This document shows, one piece after another, positions 56,942 through 64,000 of a stretch of 64,000 bases of DNA (positions are counted from its first letter, which is position 1; each line of letters begins with the position of its first letter). Both the position numbers and the translations under genes were made by a program. The DNA is from Candidatus Moraniibacteriota bacterium. Its GTDB lineage: Bacteria; Patescibacteriota; Minisyncoccia; Moranbacterales; UBA1568. The DNA is taken from assembly GCA_028711705.1 (NCBI GenBank), contig JAQTRS010000002.1:9617-73616 (forward strand), written 5' to 3'. The notes below the pieces were generated by a model. That model was given only the letters and a program-made list of their open reading frames with translations, was not told the DNA's origin and made no database searches.

Positions 56942-58213
56942 TCAGCCCAAACTCTTCAGGATTTGTGGAGCGAAAATGAGCAAATACCCCAACAAGAGCA
57001 TGCAGATGCCACCGATCAGTGCGGACCACTTCGAGAAGCCTTGCGTCAGATGCATCTTATCGAATCCCCACAAGGCCAAAGCGAATACCAAAAGGTCGTC
57101 GATCATATAGAAGAAGATATAGACCGCCATATACCACTGCGTCTGCCAAAATCCAAGGTCGTTGATCTGGATGATTTTCGTGAACGCCTGCGGATAGCCG
57201 ATCGAGCACGCGAATTCTATGATATTGACCGAAAATGCCAAGCCGATGATGCCGAAGGCGGAAATGAGCGTGAGCGGCGCTTCAGAAAAGGACTTGATCT
57301 TGCGTACGATTTTCGACCTGTTCTCCGCGTCGATAATCTGGCACGCCATCTCCGTCCCGAGCGATTTGTACCACTCGTATAAGAAAAATAATCCCCCAGC
57401 GATCGCAAGCCCCCCGATGACCGGCGTCACGATCCTGTCGAGCCCGATGAAGTTCCAGGTTTTGAACCACACGTTCAGGATCAGATAATACATGATAGCT
57501 TCGGCCAGAATGAACAATCCGGCGATCGCCCACATTTTGCGTTTGCTGCCGATCTGCATCAATACGATCAAAAACGTGATGAGTACCCACATCGCGCACG
57601 GATTGAAGCCGTCCAAGAATCCGAGCACCGACGAGAGAGCGATCAAAGAATACTTGGCCGCATCGACCGCTCCCATGAAAGGAACTTTCACCAAAAGCGC
57701 CGGCTTATCCACCACGCACAGCGAACTGTCGTCGCATGCGGCGGCGCCCTGCTCTGCCTTGGCGATGGTGGCCTTGTCCGCCCTCAGGTAGGCCTCAAAA
57801 CCCTGCTCTTTCGCCCCCGCGTTTTTTTGGACCAATGACAAGATAGTCGCGCCGGTCGTGTCGGCCACATCAAAACCCTGGATTATGCTCATTCCCACGA
57901 TGGTGATCGGAGTCGATTGCGAAAGCTCCGCCTTGTCCGCTATCTGCTGAAACAACTCCAGATTCTTTCCCTCGCTAATATCTAAGAACCGCACCTCGAT
58001 ATCGTCGCGCTTGGCGATAGTATCGTGCAAAAACGCCTTTTCTGCTTGGCAATGAACACAATCAGCGCGCTCCAATACTTCGATCTTCACCTTCTCTGCC
58101 GCCCGCGCCTCCAGAGGTTGCGCCCATGAAAATACGCCTATCACGATAAACACCGCCATCGCCAGCCATGAAGAGACACGTCGTTTTGAAAACATAGTCA
58201 TAAAGTTATGCAA
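56942..58213 (-). CDS. Glutaredoxin-like domain fused to a DsbD/CcdA-like membrane domain
   Basis: CVHC, TP, DGFNPCA, EFAC motifs; multiple TMs. Confidence 0.8.
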   Translation of the reverse strand: MHNFMTMFSKRRVSSWLAMAVFIVIGVFSWAQPLEARAAEKVKIEVLERADCVHCQAEKAFLHDTIAKRDDIEVRFLDISEGKNLELFQQIADKAELSQSTPITIVGMSIIQGFDVADTTGATILSLVQKNAGAKEQGFEAYLRADKATIAKAEQGAAACDDSSLCVVDKPALLVKVPFMGAVDAAKYSLIALSSVLGFLDGFNPCAMWVLITFLIVLMQIGSKRKMWAIAGLFILAEAIMYYLILNVWFKTWNFIGLDRIVTPVIGGLAIAGGLFFLYEWYKSLGTEMACQIIDAENRSKIVRKIKSFSEAPLTLISAFGIIGLAFSVNIIEFACSIGYPQAFTKIIQINDLGFWQTQWYMAVYIFFYMIDDLLVFALALWGFDKMHLTQGFSKWSALIGGICMLLLGYLLIFAPQILKSLG

Positions 58214-60968
58214 TTACCGTTATCCGTTTCTTGCGCCATTCCTCATACACGAAGACCACTCCCGTGAAAAAAGCGACCAGCGCCCAATCGGTGGCCTCGA
58301 TCGGCATCATATGCAGAGAGTTTTTGAAGAAGGATATGTTGGTGAAAAGCCAGATCAGAACGAAGGAGCATACGATCGCTCCCCATACGTACATATTGCG
58401 AAACATGCCCATCCTGAAAAAGGAAAGGTGCTCGCTGCGGGACTGCAGGAGATTGGCCATCTGCGTGATCGCCAAGACGATATATGCCGCGGTCGCCGCC
58501 TGCAGATAGATCGGGTTATCGCTCGCGATCGTCTCGCCGAAACGGAAACCATGGCGCCACAGGGAAAAGGTGAAGGTCATGATCGCCCCCGCCGCCATGA
58601 TCGTGCCCAAGATAAGGAGGTGCTTCACTCCGGCAAAGCTGATGATCTGCCGTCCCTGCTGCACGCTCTGTTGCTGCGGAGCCTCTTTATCCTCCGGCTC
58701 CAAGCCGAGCGCGAACGATGGCAACACATCCGTCCCAAGATCGATCGCAAGAATCTGCACCGCCAAAAGCGGCGCCGGAATCTGCAGGAGCAATCCCAAA
58801 AGCACTGTCAGTAATTCGCTGACATTGGATGTGAAGACATAGTGCGTGAATTTGCGCAGGTTGGAATATACCATGCGCCCCTCCTTCACGCCGTGCACGA
58901 TGGAGGCGAAATTATCATCCAAGAGAATCATATCCGCCGCCTCCTTGGATACGTCTGTGCCCATAATACCCATCGCCACCCCGATATCCGCCCGCTTGAG
59001 CGCCGGCGCATCATTCACGCCATCCCCCGTCATCGCCACCACCTCGCCGCGCTCCTGCAGAAGGGTCGCTAATCGCAGTTTCTGTTCCGGCGCGAAGCGG
59101 GCGAACACCACTTCCTTATGTTTGAATTCCTTATACACCTCGTCATCAGAAAGAGTCAAAAGATCCCGCCCGCTGATCACCGTATACGGGTGCGCATCAT
59201 CGATCAGGCATGACTGCTTGGCGATAGCCTCCGCGGTAATCGCATAGTCCCCCGTGATCATCACGACCCGGAGCCCCAAAGAGTGGCATTCCTTCACCGC
59301 CTGGGCCACATCGGCTCGTGGAGGATCTATCATCGCCATCATCCCCACCCACACCAATTGATGCTCCATTTCCTCCGAATAATGCGTTTCTGCAATACCT
59401 TCCAAATCACGATAGGCGAACGCCAATACGCGCAGAGCTTCGCGGGAAAACTTATCATAGAGCTTCCGCGTTTCCTGCTTCTCTGTTTCCGAAAACAAAA
59501 CCGCCTCACCGCTCTCATCCAATCGATGCGTTGCAAGCTCGAGCAGCACGTCCGGCGACCCTTTCACCAGCGACTGTTTGTGCGCATTGCGATAGGCCAC
59601 GCTCATCCTCATACGCTCGGACGCGAACGGAAGCTCGGCAATCTTATGCTCCCCTGTCATGAAAAAATTCGGATCGGAATTGAATTTCCGTGCCGCCACC
59701 AAGATCGCGCCCTCGGTCGGATCGCCCGCAATCACATAGCGCGACGTGTCATCCTGTACCAGACTCGCATCATTGCACAGCGTGCCGATACGAAAGAGCA
59801 GCTCGGCATTGGGGATGGTCCTCGCATTCACCACCTCGCCTGCTGCGAAAAAATTTCCCGTCGGGCTATACCCTTCGCCGCTCACCTCATAGACCGTCTT
59901 ACCCGTCACGATGCGCGTCACCATAAGCTCGTTACGCGTGATAGTGCCTGTCTTATCCGTGCAGATCACCGTCACCGATCCCAGCGTCTCCACCGCGCTC
60001 AATCGCTTCGCCAAAACATTGCGCTTAAGCAACCGCTTCATACCCAAAGCCAAAGCGACCGAAATCGCAGCAGGCAGGCCCTCCGGAACGATAGACACCG
60101 CCAATGCCAGAGCCAACAAAAAATTCTCATACCACGACAACCCGAAATACTGGCCCAAAAACACGGTTATCGCACCGATGGCCACCGCCAGCATCGTCAC
60201 GTTGCGGCCAAGTTTCTTCATTTTTTTCTGCAAGGGAGTCACATCCGATTCCGCATCCGTGGCAAGCTCTGCCAAGCGCCCGAGCTGCGTTTGCGCGCCG
60301 ATAGCCACCACGACCGCCAAGGCCTCGCCCGCCACAACGCTCTCGCCCATAAACAGCATATTCTCGATATCGCTCATCGGGATGATCTCATCTTTCATCA
60401 CCTTCGCCTCGCGCTTCTCTGGTTTGGATTCGCCGCTGAAGATAAAACCATCCACCTTGCAGCTATAGCTTTCCAGGATATACGCATCGGCCGGCACGCG
60501 AGCGCCCGCGTTCATCGCGATTACATCCCCGGGCACGAGCTCCGTCGCATCGATTTCCTTTTTCTCCCCGTCCCGGATCACGATGGCTCGCGCCGTCACC
60601 AGCCGCTCCATATGATCTAAGATCTTCTCCGCCTTGTATTCCTGGATGAAGCTGATCAGCGCATTGGCCAGCACGATGACGAGGATGATCGTCGCATCGC
60701 GCATCTCGCCGAACGCGAATGAAAGCCCTGCCGCCACAAGCAAGATGATCGCCAACGCATCCTTGAACTGACCCAAAAAAAGCCCCAGCGTGCCGCGTGT
60801 CTTCTTGTGATCGAAGGCGTTGCGGCCATACTGGGATTGACGTGCCGCGATATCCCTTGCCAGCAAACCCGAAAGGCCGCTCGAGAGTTTCATCAGCACT
60901 TCCTGCGATTTCAGATGATACCACCGCTCCCCTATGCCGCCCTCCGTTTTATTCTCTGATGTTTCCAT
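58206..60968 (-). CDS. Cation-transporting P-type ATPase (P2A, Ca2+-type)
   Basis: PEGLP, DKTGT, KGSP, DPPR, TGD, GDGVND; start reassigned to METSE. Confidence 0.92.
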   Translation of the reverse strand: METSENKTEGGIGERWYHLKSQEVLMKLSSGLSGLLARDIAARQSQYGRNAFDHKKTRGTLGLFLGQFKDALAIILLVAAGLSFAFGEMRDATIILVIVLANALISFIQEYKAEKILDHMERLVTARAIVIRDGEKKEIDATELVPGDVIAMNAGARVPADAYILESYSCKVDGFIFSGESKPEKREAKVMKDEIIPMSDIENMLFMGESVVAGEALAVVVAIGAQTQLGRLAELATDAESDVTPLQKKMKKLGRNVTMLAVAIGAITVFLGQYFGLSWYENFLLALALAVSIVPEGLPAAISVALALGMKRLLKRNVLAKRLSAVETLGSVTVICTDKTGTITRNELMVTRIVTGKTVYEVSGEGYSPTGNFFAAGEVVNARTIPNAELLFRIGTLCNDASLVQDDTSRYVIAGDPTEGAILVAARKFNSDPNFFMTGEHKIAELPFASERMRMSVAYRNAHKQSLVKGSPDVLLELATHRLDESGEAVLFSETEKQETRKLYDKFSREALRVLAFAYRDLEGIAETHYSEEMEHQLVWVGMMAMIDPPRADVAQAVKECHSLGLRVVMITGDYAITAEAIAKQSCLIDDAHPYTVISGRDLLTLSDDEVYKEFKHKEVVFARFAPEQKLRLATLLQERGEVVAMTGDGVNDAPALKRADIGVAMGIMGTDVSKEAADMILLDDNFASIVHGVKEGRMVYSNLRKFTHYVFTSNVSELLTVLLGLLLQIPAPLLAVQILAIDLGTDVLPSFALGLEPEDKEAPQQQSVQQGRQIISFAGVKHLLILGTIMAAGAIMTFTFSLWRHGFRFGETIASDNPIYLQAATAAYIVLAITQMANLLQSRSEHLSFFRMGMFRNMYVWGAIVCSFVLIWLFTNISFFKNSLHMMPIEATDWALVAFFTGVVFVYEEWRKKRITVIA

Positions 60969-61192
60969 ATATGTATTCGAATAACACCGACCACGCTCTG
61001 AAAAAGAGCCCAGCAATCAAAAAAAAATTATATGAATGTCTCCCTCCATTGTAGGTCAATGCAGCAAAAAAAGAAACTCGTATACTCCCGTCCCGCATAG
61101 GGATGCGGGACCGCATCGTTGACATCGCTAGACCTTCATGGTTATATTGGTACACGGTAACTTTACAATCACACACCCTACAGGAGTCTCTC

Positions 61193-62005
61193 ATGAAATC
61201 CATCCTCGCCCACCCCGCTGTCCCGCTCTATTACGAAATCGTATTCGATGCGGAAACTTTTTCCCTTTCTTTCGTCCTGCATCCCAAAGCGAATGATCAT
61301 TTCCTCAGAACAATGCGTGATCCGCTTCGGATAATCACCGGACTCGAGCAAAACCTTCACTTGAGTACGTTCACTTATCCACAGTCCGAAAGCTTCGGCT
61401 TTGGCGATGCCTTCAGACGCAGCGCGGAGCCGTTTGTCGAGGAGGGTTGGGCGACTTGGACATGCATCCTCCCGCAACATCCCGACGGAAAGAAACTTCG
61501 GGAAATATCGGCAAGCATCTGGTGCATCACCACGGTCGCATCCCTTTTGGACAGATTGCCGTTGACGACCACAAACAAGCAGCTCCCCCAACTTCTGCAG
61601 TTTTTGACCATCGATGAGATGGTCACCTATATGGACAGAGGTCAAGATTCCGGAGCTTTTGGCTTCACCTACTCCAAGCAAGTGCTCGATTTTTGCGCGA
61701 CCATCTGGGATAACGAAGCCTGGTGCGACACGGTGCTCGGAAGCATGGTACGAACGTATGCTCACCTGACAGGAGAAGACCTTACAGCAAGAGATCCTTC
61801 ATTCGTTTTCGATATAAGCAAGGGCGATACGCACCTTCCTTACTTCAAGTGTCCCGGCAATTGCGCATGCGTCCATATCTCCAGCTTCCATGATGCTGGC
61901 GGAGCAAAATACTGTGCTCACAATGTCGATACGAAAATGCAACAACTCACGCTGCTGGCAGGCATTATCACCCTCGCGAATCTGGCGATAGAGCACCCTC
62001 AATAA
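61193..62005 (+). CDS. Hypothetical protein with CPGNCAC and HNVD motifs
   Basis: Promoter 61119-61148, CTTTACAA motif, SD CAGGAG; start reassigned to MKSIL. Confidence 0.75.
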   Translation: MKSILAHPAVPLYYEIVFDAETFSLSFVLHPKANDHFLRTMRDPLRIITGLEQNLHLSTFTYPQSESFGFGDAFRRSAEPFVEEGWATWTCILPQHPDGKKLREISASIWCITTVASLLDRLPLTTTNKQLPQLLQFLTIDEMVTYMDRGQDSGAFGFTYSKQVLDFCATIWDNEAWCDTVLGSMVRTYAHLTGEDLTARDPSFVFDISKGDTHLPYFKCPGNCACVHISSFHDAGGAKYCAHNVDTKMQQLTLLAGIITLANLAIEHPQ

Positions 62006-62021
62006 CCCGATCGGGTAAATT

Positions 62022-62068
62022 AAAAAGCCTTGCGTACCACATGAAATCATGTACTACGCAAGGCTTTT
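62022..62068. terminator. Bidirectional terminator
   Basis: AAAAGCCTTGCGTA..TACGCAAGGCTTTT. Confidence 0.85.
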
Positions 62069-62107
62069 ATCTTTTTCATCACGCTGGATGAGCTTTCCGT
62101 TTCCTCC

Positions 62108-62608
62108 TCATAAACACGGTAAAGGGATTTCCATACCCAGCCGTTCCCAAACATACTCTTTGACATCCGGAGATGCCTCGTCAGCCACGACATACATAAC
62201 AAGATCGCAAGAGCGCTCTTTGGGTCGGACATTCTTATACAAAGAATATTCCAATACGTATTTGATTCCATCGAGCCATTCGTCCCAAGCTGTTCCCAGA
62301 AGGACGCCGGGCTCATCTTTGTTCCCTATGTACTGCCAGTCTGATCTTCGTACACAACGCGGGGGTGGAGAATTCAATACTTCGCCATTTCTGCAAATAG
62401 CGAAGTACTTGGTGATTTCTTCTTTCATCAGCACATTTCCAAAGGTGGAAATGTTGTTCGCTGACATCCCAGCGATATCGGGGATGGTCGCGACATCGAC
62501 TTGAATCATTTCGATACCCTCCACGCTGCGCAGCTTTCCAGCCAGCGTCCTCATGATGCGCTCAGCCAATTCCTGAGGGTCGGTTTGAAACATGCATAAT
62601 TTATTCAT
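62108..62608 (-). CDS. Hypothetical protein
   Basis: 166-aa ORF with leader hairpin ATCGAC/GTCGAT, GTCATTTAACAA and SD AGGAG. Confidence 0.7.
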   Translation of the reverse strand: MNKLCMFQTDPQELAERIMRTLAGKLRSVEGIEMIQVDVATIPDIAGMSANNISTFGNVLMKEEITKYFAICRNGEVLNSPPPRCVRRSDWQYIGNKDEPGVLLGTAWDEWLDGIKYVLEYSLYKNVRPKERSCDLVMYVVADEASPDVKEYVWERLGMEIPLPCL

Positions 62609-62742
62609 GGTACTACGCTCCTACTCTACGTGAAAAACGGATATGTTTTTGTTAAATGACCTTTTATCGACGTGTTTTGTCGATTCCTTATTTAAGCATG
62701 GCTTTCCGTGAAAGTCAATCGCTCAAAGATAGAAAAACAAGG

Positions 62743-63369
62743 CTAGAATAAGCCTTGTTTTTTGGATAATCGAAGAAAGAGGATGTCCTCTGCCAATTCG
62801 GGAAACGTTTCCTGATTGAAATGCTGCTTGTCGGTGAATATCCGCGCTTTCGCAGACGGGAGTTTCGCCCGATATTTTTCCACCTGCGCGAACGGTACTA
62901 CCGGATCATCCTTGCTCTGATACAGCACCACTTCCCCACCCTGCTGCGGTAAACGGCTCATATCCTCCGGCAATGAAAAATCCCCGAGCGATTCTTCCAT
63001 CCCTTCGGTATCGAAAGGGGCCGCGATAAGGAACGTCGCTCGCACCTTCACCGGCATCATTTCTTCCGAAAGGTACTTTGCCAGGAAAATCCCTCCCAAA
63101 GAATGGCCGACCAGCACCGTTTCAGTGGTCATGAACGGTATCAATTTCTCGAACCATATCTTCCACTCGACATACTTCGCATTACCACCGCTAGGCATGC
63201 GCGGCGCGATCACCCGATAGCCTTCGCCGATCGATGATTGGATCGTCGATTTCCATCCGCGCGAAAGCAGAAAATCCAGCGTCACTTCCGTGCTTTTCAG
63301 ATTCTCAAGGTAATCTTCATAGGTATCGAACGCCTCTCCTCCGTGTATCAACCAGATCTGTTGTTGCAT
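62743..63369 (-). CDS. Alpha/beta hydrolase (RBBP9/YdeN-like)
   Basis: IHGG, GHSLG, DDPVVP, HF catalytic triad motifs. Confidence 0.88.
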   Translation of the reverse strand: MQQQIWLIHGGEAFDTYEDYLENLKSTEVTLDFLLSRGWKSTIQSSIGEGYRVIAPRMPSGGNAKYVEWKIWFEKLIPFMTTETVLVGHSLGGIFLAKYLSEEMMPVKVRATFLIAAPFDTEGMEESLGDFSLPEDMSRLPQQGGEVVLYQSKDDPVVPFAQVEKYRAKLPSAKARIFTDKQHFNQETFPELAEDILFLRLSKKQGLF

Positions 63370-63433
63370 ATGTTTATCATAAGAATAGCTCGCTCTCCTA
63401 GTATATCACTCCTTCATGAAAAGCGGGGCACAT

Positions 63434-63464
63434 AAAAGTCGCCAGCATTTGCCAGCGACTTTTA
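63434..63464 (-). terminator. Intrinsic terminator after metY
   Basis: AAAAGTCGC..GCGACTTTT hairpin. Confidence 0.7.
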
Positions 63465-63481
63465 TGCATCATACATGATTC

Positions 63482-64000
63482 TTAGGCAAGCGCCTGCTCG
63501 ATGTCTGCGATAATATCCTCCACATTTTCAAGCCCGACGGAAAGGCGGATCAGTTCCGGCGGAAGACCGGCCCTGCTTCGGTCCTCCTCGCTCAATTGCG
63601 AATGCGACGTGGATGCCGGATGCAGGACGAGGCTTTTGGCATCGCCCACATTGGCAAGATGCGAGATGAGCTTGACAGAATTAATGAATTTCACGCCGGC
63701 ATCAAGCCCACCCTTCACCCCGAAGACCACCATGCCTCCAAAACCGTTCTTGAGATATTTCGATGCCAGCGCATGCGACGGATCATCGCTGAGTCCCGGG
63801 TAACGCACCCAGTCCACTTGCTTGTGATGCTTCAGAAACTGCGCCACTTTAAGCGCATTCTCACTATGACGAGCGGTACGGAGCGGCAGTGTTTCGACGC
63901 CCTGCAAAATGATCCAGGCATTATCCGGCGAGATGCAGGCGCCCAGCGTTCGTAGCGGCACCAACCTCAGCCGGAGCGCGTAGCAAAGCGGCGAAAGCGC
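63482..64000 (-). CDS. metY: O-acetylhomoserine sulfhydrylase, C-terminal part (5' end outside window)
   Basis: Frame open to the window edge; LRTLGACISPDNAW, ETLPLR, HLANVGDAKSL, HPASTSH, IRLSVGLE. Confidence 0.85.
   Translation of the reverse strand, partial: ALSPLCYALRLRLVPLRTLGACISPDNAWIILQGVETLPLRTARHSENALKVAQFLKHHKQVDWVRYPGLSDDPSHALASKYLKNGFGGMVVFGVKGGLDAGVKFINSVKLISHLANVGDAKSLVLHPASTSHSQLSEEDRSRAGLPPELIRLSVGLENVEDIIADIEQALA

Noticed and set aside
1-64000. Alternative genetic code (TGA=Gly as in Gracilibacteria/SR1)
   Set aside because: Conserved genes translate full-length in the standard code, and several end at TGA (e.g. uvrB, the GH-like gene at 25633)
1-64000. tRNA, rRNA, IS elements or prophage structural genes
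   Set aside because: No T-loop/acceptor-stem pattern, rRNA signature, transposase, integrase or virion gene was recognised by eye

Overview
64-kb bacterial chromosomal window (standard genetic code, roughly 50% GC by eye). The gene content suggests a Patescibacteria/CPR (Parcubacteria-like) genome, which is an inference: housekeeping genes lack Shine-Dalgarno sites, UvrC is short, the DHH protein is degenerate, and many ORFs are orphans. The housekeeping backbone includes a PIN-PhoH ATPase, tsaE, two different uvrA genes, uvrC, an intein-containing uvrB, class A PBP, cyclophilin, engB, DedA, a P-type ATPase and a partial metY. Two things stand out. (1) A ~22-kb extracellular-matrix island (15.1-37.1 kb) carries three processive GT2 synthases, three polysaccharide deacetylases, GH18, GH81, two GH-like TIM-barrel paralogues, a catalytically dead sortase-fold protein, an HlyD-like adaptor and a TasA-SipW fibre module with an Asp/His-rich partner; two of its leaders look like attenuators. 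(2) At least 12 accessory or orphan genes share a leader architecture: sigma70 promoter, usually a 5' hairpin, a boxA-like YTT(A/G/C/T)ACAA motif and a strong SD, usually followed by a terminator after the ORF. Two pairs of these leaders are clear homologues with conserved RNA structure in front of highly diverged paralogues. Several small ORFs below the ORF-track cutoff were found by hand. No rRNA, tRNA, CRISPR array, integrase or transposase was seen.
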